Below, piece by piece: positions 31,719 through 40,789 of a stretch of 64,000 nucleotides of DNA. The stretch covers positions 73,556 to 137,555 of the forward strand of contig JAEOTR010000016.1 of assembly GCA_016839705.1 (NCBI GenBank). The letters are read 5' to 3'. Source of the stretch: Promethearchaeota archaeon. Lineage in GTDB: Archaea > Asgardarchaeota > Lokiarchaeia > Sigyniarchaeales > SOKP01. How positions within the stretch are numbered: position 1 is the stretch's first letter; every line of letters begins with the position of its first letter. The notes below the pieces were generated by a model. It searched no databases, had not been told where the DNA came from, and saw only the letters and a list, made by a program, of their open reading frames with translations. The position numbers were made by a program, and so were the translations under genes.

Positions 31719-32255
31719 ATGTCTAAGAAAGAAGAAATTTTACCAGATCGGGAATTTGCTTTAAACTTGCTTAGAATGTTAAATATACAGCATTCTATTA
31801 GACAACATTCTGAAAAAGTTGCTGGTAAAGCTTTGGAGATTGCAAATACAATAACTAAAGCTAAAGTCGATAAGAATTTAATTGAAATAGGATCAATTTT
31901 GCATGATATTGGGAGAACAAAAACACATGGATTTGATCATGCATTAAAAGGTGGAAAAATATTAAGACAAAGAGGATTTTCTGAAAAACTTGCTAGGATT
32001 TGTGAGACACATATTTTAGGTGGTTTAGATAAAGAAGATGCTAAAGAATTTGGTTTACCTGAAAAGGAATACTTGCCAATAACTGTAGAAGAAAAAATTA
32101 TATGTTTAGCAGATAAATTAATAGCCGGAACAAAAGAAGTTTCATTAGAGGAACGATTTGACCGGTGGTTTTCTAAATATGGAAGATCTCCTATTCTCCT
32201 CAAATCAAAAAGAAGAATTGAAAAAATCCAAAATGAGCTAGAAAATTTAATGTAA
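31719..32255 (+). CDS. HD-domain protein (HDIG, TIGR00295-like)
   Basis: HS...LHDIG...H...ETH...EEKIICLADK. Confidence 0.85.
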   Translation: MSKKEEILPDREFALNLLRMLNIQHSIRQHSEKVAGKALEIANTITKAKVDKNLIEIGSILHDIGRTKTHGFDHALKGGKILRQRGFSEKLARICETHILGGLDKEDAKEFGLPEKEYLPITVEEKIICLADKLIAGTKEVSLEERFDRWFSKYGRSPILLKSKRRIEKIQNELENLM

Positions 32256-32269
32256 TTAGGATAATTTTT

Positions 32270-32761
32270 TTATACCTTCTTTTTTAATTGATTTAAGATA
32301 CCCCCATATTCTAAAATTTTTGTTAAAAATTCTGGTAATTTATTGAACTCCATCTTGTAGTTTTTAGTTTTGTTAATAATTTCACCCTTTTCTAACACTA
32401 TTTCTATATAATCACCACGGGAAAAAGATTTTTCATCCCAAATTAATTGAATTGCGGGTATACCTAAATTGATTAAATTCCGAAAATAAATTCGAGCAAA
32501 AGACTTTGCAATAATTGCTTTAATACCAAGGATTTTAAATACATTTACGGCCTCCTCTCTAGAACTGCCTGTCCCAAAATTTTCACCTGCAATTATTATA
32601 TTATACTTCTTAACTTTTTCAACGAAATCTGCATCAATATATTTTAGGGTATATTTGGCCATTTCATTAGTGTCTCTAATTGTTAACGCGTTACTAGGCA
32701 CAATATCATCTGTATTAATATCATCTCCTAAAAGATACACATTTCCTTCAATTTTATTCAT
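32270..32761 (-). CDS. leuD: 3-isopropylmalate dehydratase-type small subunit
   Basis: DINTDDIVP, NFGTGSSRE, SFARIYFRNLINLG. Confidence 0.9.
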   Translation of the reverse strand: MNKIEGNVYLLGDDINTDDIVPSNALTIRDTNEMAKYTLKYIDADFVEKVKKYNIIIAGENFGTGSSREEAVNVFKILGIKAIIAKSFARIYFRNLINLGIPAIQLIWDEKSFSRGDYIEIVLEKGEIINKTKNYKMEFNKLPEFLTKILEYGGILNQLKKKV

Positions 32762-32764
32762 TGA

Positions 32765-34030
32765 TTATAAAACCTCCCGAGGATCTGTTATTTCTCCTTT
32801 TAACGCAGAAGCAACAACTGTTGCGGGTGACGCTAAGTAAACTTGAGATTTTGGGGAGCCCATTCTGCCAGTAAAATTTCGATTAGAACTACTAATACAT
32901 ATTTCTTCAGGTCCAAGAACACCCAAATGGCCACCGATACAAGGACCACAGGTAGAATGCCCAACAACCGCTCCCGAATTTATAAACACTTCAATTAATC
33001 CTTCTTTTAAGGCTTTTTTGTATATCTCTTTAGAAGCGGGAATAATAATCAATCGCACTTTTGGGGCTATAGTTTTTCCTTTTAGAATTTTGGCAGCTAC
33101 ACGGAAATCTTCCATTCTACCATTTGTACAACTGCCTAGAAATGCCTGATCTATTTTAATTCCTTCTACTTCTTCAATGCTTGCAAGATTGCCAGGATTG
33201 GATGGTTTTGCCACAACAGGAGTAATCTCTGATAGGTCATAATCGAAGTTTTTCTCATAGACAGCATCATTATCAGGATGTACAAACTCAAATGGCTCGT
33301 TAGTTCTTCTTTTTACCCAACTTTTCAACTTATTATCTGGCAAAAATACCCCAAATTTTGCACCTGCTTCTACCACCATATTTGCGATAGTCATACGCCC
33401 ATCTATAGATAACTCATTCGCACCGTTTCCATGGAACTCAAGAGATTTATAAATCGCCCCTTTAGTGGATATATCTCCTATAATTTTTAAAATTATATCT
33501 TTTGACATTACACCAGTAGATAGATTTCCTTCAAGGTTTATCTTAAAAGTTTCAGGTACTTTAAACCATAGTTTTCCAGTAACAAATACAACGGAAACAT
33601 CAGTAGCACCAATACCCGTAGATAAACAATTAAAAGCGCCATATGTAGTGGTATGGCTATCTGATCCTACTATTAACATACCAGGACGAGAAAATCCCAT
33701 CTCCGGTAAAACTTGATGACAAATTCCTTTATCAAGTTGATATCCATAATTATGAACAAATTTGTACTTTTCGGCAAAATTTCTCGCATCTTGATGCATT
33801 TCAGCAGCAGAAATAGTTGGTGCAGGTACCCAATGATCTAAGATGAAAAAAATCTTATTTGGATCCCACACATAGTCAATTGCCAGTTTTTCATACTCTT
33901 TATGTATTCTCCCTCCTAATTGCTCATGAACCATTATCATATCAATTTCACAATTAATAAATTGTCCGGGAGAAATTTCTTTAAGGTTTGAATGATTTAG
34001 AAGTATTTTTTCAGCAATTGTATAACTCAG
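32765..34030 (-). CDS. leuC: 3-isopropylmalate dehydratase-type large subunit
   Basis: GICHQ, DSHT, GSCTNGR, CGPCIG, NRNF. The conserved N-terminus TIAEKIL lies upstream of the called start; CTG at 34030 follows AGGTGA. Confidence 0.9.
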   Translation of the reverse strand: MSYTIAEKILLNHSNLKEISPGQFINCEIDMIMVHEQLGGRIHKEYEKLAIDYVWDPNKIFFILDHWVPAPTISAAEMHQDARNFAEKYKFVHNYGYQLDKGICHQVLPEMGFSRPGMLIVGSDSHTTTYGAFNCLSTGIGATDVSVVFVTGKLWFKVPETFKINLEGNLSTGVMSKDIILKIIGDISTKGAIYKSLEFHGNGANELSIDGRMTIANMVVEAGAKFGVFLPDNKLKSWVKRRTNEPFEFVHPDNDAVYEKNFDYDLSEITPVVAKPSNPGNLASIEEVEGIKIDQAFLGSCTNGRMEDFRVAAKILKGKTIAPKVRLIIIPASKEIYKKALKEGLIEVFINSGAVVGHSTCGPCIGGHLGVLGPEEICISSSNRNFTGRMGSPKSQVYLASPATVVASALKGEITDPREVL

Positions 34031-35316
34031 CTATCTTCACCTTCAATTTGTTCATTTTTACATAAAATTTTATAATCTTTATCTAATAATATTAATGCTT
34101 TTCGAACTATTAAATAAGCTTCTAATAAGACTTCTGGGTCAACTTTATCTGGTGTGTCAAATTTGCTATGGGTAAATTTTGCTCCTGCTCTCGTAATGAG
34201 ATCGATAGAATAAAAACCTCTTTGATGAAATGGGACAGAGTCAGTATGTGCTCCAACGGTTGAATGAAATCCTTTTACATTTACACCTTCTTCTAATGCT
34301 GCTTTATTCATATAGTTACTGAGCAAAGGAGCTATTATCTTTCTTGGGTAAATCCCATATGATTTAAAAAATTCGACTTGATTATTCAATCGATCTTTAC
34401 ATGAAATCATTTCTAAATTTATTTGAAATGTGTTCCCTTTAGTATACTTGTCTTCATGGTTATTCACAAAAATCCTTGATCCCATTGTTCCTAATTCTTC
34501 AGCTGAAAATTGACAGAACCAAAGGTTAAAATTCTTAGTAGGGTTTTTTCGGAAATGTCTACTTAATTCAAAAACAATTGCCATCCCTGTAGCATTATCC
34601 AATGCTCCTGGGGAATTGTTATTAGTGTTAAGAAATAATAAAAAGAGATTTGATAGTGATACCATAATTGTAAATACCCAAATTCCAGTACTGACAATAA
34701 TGAAATTTAATTTTAAGGGCGTATAAATATGGATGATCAAAACAAATAAGAACCCGCCAAGAAAAATCCCGCTGTATAACCAAACTCGATAAAGAAGGAC
34801 CCTCCAATAAGTTCGAAATGTTTGAGATTTGGAATCTAAGTGCCCTGAGATGATTATATTTCCAGCATCCTCTTGAGATAGATTATTGGCAGGAACTTTT
34901 ACAAATATATTTGTTGCATCTCTCGTTTTTCCGTAATATTCTCCCCAAAAACCAGGATTCTCTGGATGCTTTAATCCCTTAATAATTAATAAAACAACGA
35001 TGGTCATTACTCCGACTATTAACATAGCAATAGTGAAATTGACATAGATAAACATTAAGAGAAATAAGGAAAATGTTAAATTAATAACCATTATTAATTT
35101 AACCAATGTTGTTGAGTAGAAATCGGAAAACTCAAATGGTTCTTTTTGTATTTGGGTAGATTCAAATCCTATTTCTTGAAATGTCTTGATAGTGAGTTTA
35201 ACAGCCTCTTTCTCTCCCTCTGTTCCCGCTAAACGAGGAAAGCTAAATTTGTTTACTAAATTCGATAACCTTTCGAAATTTTCACTCTTATTCTGACTTG
35301 AACTCTCTTGCTTCAA
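34027..35316 (-). CDS. M28-family metallopeptidase with internal TM helices
   Basis: PRLAGTEGE, GHLDS, GALDNATG, AEELG, TDS, H...DTPD. Confidence 0.85.
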   Translation of the reverse strand: MKQESSSQNKSENFERLSNLVNKFSFPRLAGTEGEKEAVKLTIKTFQEIGFESTQIQKEPFEFSDFYSTTLVKLIMVINLTFSLFLLMFIYVNFTIAMLIVGVMTIVVLLIIKGLKHPENPGFWGEYYGKTRDATNIFVKVPANNLSQEDAGNIIISGHLDSKSQTFRTYWRVLLYRVWLYSGIFLGGFLFVLIIHIYTPLKLNFIIVSTGIWVFTIMVSLSNLFLLFLNTNNNSPGALDNATGMAIVFELSRHFRKNPTKNFNLWFCQFSAEELGTMGSRIFVNNHEDKYTKGNTFQINLEMISCKDRLNNQVEFFKSYGIYPRKIIAPLLSNYMNKAALEEGVNVKGFHSTVGAHTDSVPFHQRGFYSIDLITRAGAKFTHSKFDTPDKVDPEVLLEAYLIVRKALILLDKDYKILCKNEQIEGEDS

Positions 35317-35412
35317 TTTTAATCGAGGTTTTTGCGCTTATTTTAATAAAACTTTTCCAATACTTATAGTAATTAGATTTATTTATGGATTTTTATTTAA
35401 ATTTATAATCTT

Positions 35413-36015
35413 TCACAAGTTTCTTAGGTTATCCAAAACAATCTTTTGGATCTTCTCTTGGACTAATTCTATAATATCATCAGAACTAATAGTGTAATAA
35501 TCTTCTTGCTTAGCACGAGTTAGATAAAGGTTTCTCACTTTTTCAAGAAATTCAAAGTCTTCAAATTTTTCTAGCTGTTCTTCATTTTTACGAGCTAAAG
35601 CAATTTTAGGATCAACATCTAAAATTATTGTTAGATCAGGTTGTCCTACAAATTTATTTAGCTGTTTTATCCATTCAATAGAAATATTTTCTGATTGAAT
35701 AGATTGATATATTATAGATGATTCTAAATAACGATCTGAGATTACAATATATCCTTCATCTAGTTTTATCTTTATTTCATTATGATAATGAAGATCCCTA
35801 TCCGCAGCAAATAATAAGGCATCGGTGGAGGGAGGAATTTCTTTGTTTTTCAAGAATTTTCTTAAAATTTTTCCTATTTCACTTTTTGAGGGTTCGTGAG
35901 TTAAATATACCTTAAAGCCTTTATACTCTAAAAACCCTTTTAAAAGTTGACTATGTGTGCTAGTTCCAGATCCATCCCCACCATCTAAAACTATAAAATA
36001 AGCCTTATGTGTCAA
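35413..36015 (-). CDS. tmk: Thymidylate kinase
   Basis: DGGDGSGTST P-loop, LLFAADR, SDRY, PDLTIILD. Confidence 0.92.
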   Translation of the reverse strand: MTHKAYFIVLDGGDGSGTSTHSQLLKGFLEYKGFKVYLTHEPSKSEIGKILRKFLKNKEIPPSTDALLFAADRDLHYHNEIKIKLDEGYIVISDRYLESSIIYQSIQSENISIEWIKQLNKFVGQPDLTIILDVDPKIALARKNEEQLEKFEDFEFLEKVRNLYLTRAKQEDYYTISSDDIIELVQEKIQKIVLDNLRNL

Positions 36016-36219
36016 AGTGATTTGTATTCAATAAATAATTAATATTTCAAGAGAATATGAATCATAAGTAATTATTAATTTTAATGTTAATTAACTCAAC
36101 ATGGGAACAACTAACAATTAGAGTATTATAGAGCATTTAAATCCAAAAAAATATCAGTCTACCAAAAAGATTAAAATGATTGAATATTTTAAACAAAAAT
36201 AAATTAACCAAATCTGAAA

Positions 36220-36567
36220 ATGTCAACTAGTAATCCTACCGCCTTTTGTCCGCGTTGCAATCAACAAGTTTTATTAGCCCGTAAACAATTTGACACCTGT
36301 CTAGCGATAGTATTATTAGTTTTTACAGTAATTGGCTTTTTTATCTATCTGGCTGTCTATTATAGTAATACTGAAGACAGATGCGTGCATTGTGGCACAC
36401 AAATCACTTTCTCACAATCAGCCGTACAATATCAAACACCTCAAGCTCAATATCAAACATCTCAAGTACCACCTGCTTCAAGTACGCTTAATTACTGCCC
36501 ATTATGTGGGGAAAAATTAGACACTCAAGTAAAGTTCTGTCCAAATTGTGGTGGCAAAATAATATAG
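36220..36567 (+). CDS. LITAF-like membrane zinc-ribbon protein with a second C-terminal zinc ribbon
   Basis: CPRC, hydrophobic stretch, CVHC; Q/P-rich linker; CPLC...CPNC. Confidence 0.65.
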   Translation: MSTSNPTAFCPRCNQQVLLARKQFDTCLAIVLLVFTVIGFFIYLAVYYSNTEDRCVHCGTQITFSQSAVQYQTPQAQYQTSQVPPASSTLNYCPLCGEKLDTQVKFCPNCGGKII

Positions 36568-36712
36568 GATTTAATTTTAAGTGATATTTTGCTTTTTAGC
36601 CATTATCCCTCAAGTACCAAGAAAATATTCCTTTCAAAAATTGGACTCGAGATCTTTTTAGTATCCTTTTTCTTTTCATTGAATTAACTAATAAGAAAAA
36701 AAAGGTAAAAAA

Positions 36713-37087
36713 ATGTCATTAATGTATTGTCCGAAATGTAAAATGAATGTCGAGACAAAAAAAGAGGATTTTAGAGTCGGTTTAGCCATAATACTAATTA
36801 TATTTACGGGAGGTCTTGGATTACTGATATATGTTGCTATATATCTAGATAAAAACAATAATCGTTGTATTCATTGTAATAGTGTTTGCAATGCTCAGCT
36901 AGTTAACAATCAATCAAATTCAAATTACCGATTGATTAGTAGTTCTAATCAGATATCAAGTCAAAAGGCTGTAGTACAGACTCAATTAGTTGAGGGTCCC
37001 ATTAAATATTGTTTTAGTTGTGGTGTTGAGCTAGATCCGAGAGAAGAAGCTAAATTTTGCAGATTTTGTGGGACTAATATTAATTAA
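36713..37087 (+). CDS. LITAF-like membrane zinc-ribbon protein, paralog of 36220
   Basis: CPKC, hydrophobic stretch, CIHC; N/Q/S-rich linker; CFSC...CRFC. Confidence 0.65.
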   Translation: MSLMYCPKCKMNVETKKEDFRVGLAIILIIFTGGLGLLIYVAIYLDKNNNRCIHCNSVCNAQLVNNQSNSNYRLISSSNQISSQKAVVQTQLVEGPIKYCFSCGVELDPREEAKFCRFCGTNIN

Positions 37088-37150
37088 ATTTAAATCTCTT
37101 TTTATTCTTTTTTTAAACTTCTTGAACTTAACAATTAGGATTAATGTTTT

Positions 37151-38356
37151 TCACTTTTTTAAATTGTCTTTAATTGATTTTAAAATTGTAGATTCAACAG
37201 GTGTGCACCCTTTTATAAATGTTCCATTCTCTTCTAAATTAGAGGTACAATTTCCAATGAGAAAAGTATCTGAGTAAAGATCTGATTGTTTTATCCCCTT
37301 ACCTATTGCTAAATTCAGGGGATTTTCAGGAGTGAAATTTTCATCAATAAATTTTTTATTATTTTTTAGTAAATTAAATACTGTTGATAAACAAGCGGAA
37401 CATGAATCAATATCAATAAGATTAACATTTTTATATTTTATCGTAATTGAAGTTGGGGGGGGTTCTAATGGATTTAAAAATTGATCTATATTTTGAGGTA
37501 TGGTTTTAATATCATCTTGCGTTTTTGGCATGCCTTGTATTGATTCTGAGATTAATTTTAAATGGGGAACTTCCTTTAGAGTCCACTCTGGCTGCGTCAA
37601 TGCAAGAGCTATGATGTCTGCTGCAAGAAAGTTTGTTGATGCAATTATAGTGTCCATCCTTACACAATTCCCCGAAGATGGGCCCATTCCTTCTTGGACA
37701 TAAGATGCGTCTATAATAACTAAGTTAGGTTTTATTATATGTGCAAGATCTGCTATGGCTACATCTAATTCCTTGACGTTTTCCATTGTATTTTTAATTT
37801 GGTTTATTAAGTCAGAATTTTGGAGGTGATGCAAAGAAATTTTCTCCCTCCTATAAATTAATCCTTTTAAGTTTTTGAAGCTTAAGGAGGCACCAGTATG
37901 CATATGCATTTTAAGTACAGGGATTGATATGATATAATCAATATCGTTCCAGTAACCTGATAATTTTATTTCTTTTAACAGTTTACCTTTGGGGATCTTC
38001 TTTAGGGTTGGGGGGCGTTCATCTAAATCTAAGAAACTAAGTTCTCTCTCTCCTAATAACTTAGAGTAACCTGAATTTTTGAATGCGGTTTGGGAATTAG
38101 TATTAATGATTGGAGAATCACCTATAAAAAATTTAGCGTTATATCGTTCCTTTATGTAAGTATAAACTGCGGATACCACATCAGGGTTTGTATTAATACC
38201 TGATCGCGGTTCGGCATCTCTTCCGACATTAGGTTTTAACAGAACGTTCTTCCCCGTCATATCTGGGATGTTAAGGTTATCAAGACATGATATTACTGCT
38301 TCATGAATATTCTTATTTCGAGCTAGTGAAACAACCGGTATATCTTCTTTTAGCAT
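37151..38356 (-). CDS. DUF362 domain protein with C-terminal Cys cluster
   Basis: LLKPN, PVLKMH, KNLKG, GMGP, CSAC...GNC...GC. Confidence 0.82.
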   Translation of the reverse strand: MLKEDIPVVSLARNKNIHEAVISCLDNLNIPDMTGKNVLLKPNVGRDAEPRSGINTNPDVVSAVYTYIKERYNAKFFIGDSPIINTNSQTAFKNSGYSKLLGERELSFLDLDERPPTLKKIPKGKLLKEIKLSGYWNDIDYIISIPVLKMHMHTGASLSFKNLKGLIYRREKISLHHLQNSDLINQIKNTMENVKELDVAIADLAHIIKPNLVIIDASYVQEGMGPSSGNCVRMDTIIASTNFLAADIIALALTQPEWTLKEVPHLKLISESIQGMPKTQDDIKTIPQNIDQFLNPLEPPPTSITIKYKNVNLIDIDSCSACLSTVFNLLKNNKKFIDENFTPENPLNLAIGKGIKQSDLYSDTFLIGNCTSNLEENGTFIKGCTPVESTILKSIKDNLKK

Positions 38357-39225
38357 TATTTTATCCCCAAAAACTCAATAATCTTCTTCTTCATTAGACT
38401 TCTATTAGGTCTATGATTTGTCCACCATTCAAACGCTAATATTCCTTGATTAACAAGCATATCTAACCCCCCTAGTGTTTGACATCCAATTTCTGCTGCT
38501 TCCTTCATCAATCTTGTCTCTAGGGGATTATAAACAACATCAAATACAAAAAGATCTCCATGGAGCGAATTTTTTATTATGGGACTTTCTTCTACATTTG
38601 GATACATCCCAATCGGGGTTGCATTGATAAGAATATCTGCTTTCTTCAAGCCTTCGTTAATATTTTTATCATTACTTATTTTTCCTTCAACATCTGCATT
38701 CATATTTTCTTCTATTTCATTAGCGATTGAAATTGCTCTTTCTTTAATCAAATCGGTTAATGTTATATGATTGGCTTCTTCTGCCATAATATAAGCCAAA
38801 GACCTAGCAACACCACCTGATCCTAAAAAAAAAATATTCTTTCCAGATACATTACAACCCGCATCTATAAGAGCCTTTTTAGCACCGCTTGCATCAGTAT
38901 TTCTTGCTTTTAAAATTCCTTCTTCGTTTTTTATTGTATTTATCGCTCCTATTTTTAATGCAATTGGATCAATTTCGTCTAAGTGTTTAATGACAGTTTC
39001 CTTATGAGGTATTGTGACATTAATTCCTTTAATATCTAAAGCTCTTATACCTTTGATGGCTTTTTCAAGTTCATTTGGGTGAACATCAAAAGCTAAGTAC
39101 ACGTAATCAAGTCCTAATTCGTGAAGGGCAGGATTCCACATTATAGGAGACATACTATGTTCTATAGGATGCCCTATAACACAAAAAATCTTGGTTTTTG
39201 AAGTAATAAGTTTATCAGATGACAT
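38356..39225 (-). CDS. aroE: Shikimate dehydrogenase
   Basis: HSMSP, NVTIPHK, AINT, NTD, GSGG, NATPIGM, GLDMLVNQG. Confidence 0.95.
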   Translation of the reverse strand: MSSDKLITSKTKIFCVIGHPIEHSMSPIMWNPALHELGLDYVYLAFDVHPNELEKAIKGIRALDIKGINVTIPHKETVIKHLDEIDPIALKIGAINTIKNEEGILKARNTDASGAKKALIDAGCNVSGKNIFFLGSGGVARSLAYIMAEEANHITLTDLIKERAISIANEIEENMNADVEGKISNDKNINEGLKKADILINATPIGMYPNVEESPIIKNSLHGDLFVFDVVYNPLETRLMKEAAEIGCQTLGGLDMLVNQGILAFEWWTNHRPNRSLMKKKIIEFLGIK

Positions 39226-39330
39226 CCTTAAAGCAGAAGTTTTATATTTTATTTAATAATATGTTTAAGAAAAAATGTAATATATAATTATTTAGCTAAT
39301 ATCAAGGAACAATAGGAGGAAAATAAGAAG

Positions 39331-39897
39331 ATGAGTAAAATATCTTTAAGCCCGGGATACTCCACTTTCCCTATGCCAGCAGCAGTTATTTCTGTGGGTA
39401 CAGGAGATGAAGCCAATTTAATTACTCTTGCCTATGTTGGAAAAGTGTGCTCAAAACCACCAATTATTGCTATATCTATACAACCGATACGTCACTCTTA
39501 TCATATAATAGAAAAACTTGGAGAATTTGTAATCAATTACCCAACCATCAATCAGTTAAGAGAAATGGATTATTGTGGTACGAGATCTGGGAGAAATGTG
39601 AATAAATGGAAAGAGTTAAATTTAACAAAAGAAAAAGCATCAGTTGTAAGTGTGCCTTTAGTAAAGGAATTCCCTTGGAATATGGAATGCAAGGTTGTTA
39701 ATAGAATAGAACTTGGTACTCATGTATGTTATTTTGGGGAAGTGGTGGCGGTTCATTCTGATGAAGAGTATGTTAAAAATGGTTCACTGGATCCTGACAA
39801 ATTTAATTTTTTCGCTTATATTTCAGGTATCTATATTGCTTTGAATAAAGGAGCAATAGAAAGGCATGGATTTTCATTATCAAAACCTTTAGAATGA
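39331..39897 (+). CDS. Flavin reductase-like FMN-binding protein
   Basis: PMPAAVIS, PPIIAISI, GEFVIN, CGTRSG, MECKV, GTH. Confidence 0.88.
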   Translation: MSKISLSPGYSTFPMPAAVISVGTGDEANLITLAYVGKVCSKPPIIAISIQPIRHSYHIIEKLGEFVINYPTINQLREMDYCGTRSGRNVNKWKELNLTKEKASVVSVPLVKEFPWNMECKVVNRIELGTHVCYFGEVVAVHSDEEYVKNGSLDPDKFNFFAYISGIYIALNKGAIERHGFSLSKPLE

Positions 39898-39934
39898 TCT
39901 CTATAATTATTTGAATAATAAAGTTAGAAGAATT

Positions 39935-40465
39935 ATGTCTAAAAGTAATATCGCGCTAATTGGGTTTATGGCAACAGGGAAAACTACAGTAGGGAAGGCA
40001 CTGGTAGATTATCTAGGAAGCCCATACTCCTTCATTGAAACAGACCAAATAATAATAGAGAATGTTGGAAAGGATATCCCAAAGATTTTTGCAGAAGAAG
40101 GTGAAAATAAATTTCGGGAATATGAAATATCTGCATGTAAACAAGTTTCCTTATTAAAAAATGTTGTGATTTCATGCGGGGGTGGCGTTGTGTTAAACAA
40201 GGTAAATATTGATAATCTAAAGAAGAATTGCTATATTATGTTATTAAAAGCATCGACCCAAGAGATATACACTAGAGCTATGAAGGATGGAAAGGAAACT
40301 AGACCTATTATTAATAAAGAAGATCCCAAAAGTGAAATAGAGGATGTTCTAAAATTCCGGAATCCCTTATACAATAGTGCTGCAGATTTTGTTATTGAAA
40401 CAACTGGTAAGAAAATTAGTGATATTGTTATAGAGATTGTTAAAAAAACCCATCTAAAAACCTAA
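39935..40465 (+). CDS. aroK: Shikimate kinase (NMP-kinase fold, AroK type)
   Basis: GFMATGKTT, EGENKFREYE, CGGG, RP; ATG at 39935. Confidence 0.92.
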   Translation: MSKSNIALIGFMATGKTTVGKALVDYLGSPYSFIETDQIIIENVGKDIPKIFAEEGENKFREYEISACKQVSLLKNVVISCGGGVVLNKVNIDNLKKNCYIMLLKASTQEIYTRAMKDGKETRPIINKEDPKSEIEDVLKFRNPLYNSAADFVIETTGKKISDIVIEIVKKTHLKT

Positions 40466-40521
40466 ATTTAAATTTATAAAGCCTACTAATATTGTATAAA
40501 ACATGGTTAAGAGTAAAGATT

Positions 40522-40730
40522 ATGACGGAATATAAAAGGACTAAATGCCCAAAATGTAACAATGAGAATCCACGCATGCTCCATGATGAACCCGATAAGA
40601 GTAATATTCTTTACTACAGTATTGAAAACGTTATTTAAACTTTTCGCTGAAGCAGGGAACACCAGTTTATGCGCGAATCATAAAATGTGGCGATTGCGGA
40701 AACACATTTTCAAAATCTGCCCCAGCTTAA
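40522..40730 (+). CDS. 59-aa C4 zinc-ribbon protein encoded in two exons (40522-40622 and 40652-40730)
   Basis: Spliced product MTEYKRTKCPKCNNENPRMLHDEPDKSNILYYSMQGTPVYARIIKCGDCGNTFSKSAPA. The unspliced frame stops at 40636-40638. TATA-like TTTATAAA at 40473-40480; T-rich tract downstream. Confidence 0.8.
40623..40651 (+). other. 29-nt BHB-type intron in an mRNA
   Basis: Central helix CAGT/GCTG, bulges AT|T and AA|G, intron stem GAAAA-c-GTT/AAC-TTTTC; cuts at the standard BHB positions restore the frame. Confidence 0.78.
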
Positions 40731-40789
40731 CATTCTAAAAAAAGATTACTCTTTCTTTTTTTAATTCTTATTTATTTAAGTGAAAGAAG

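Noticed and set aside
40623-40651. Explaining the split zinc-ribbon gene as a simple frameshifted pseudogene or sequencing error
   Set aside because: The insert is self-complementary, and its ends coincide exactly with BHB cut positions that restore the frame; a random indel would not do this. Not formally excluded without RNA data.
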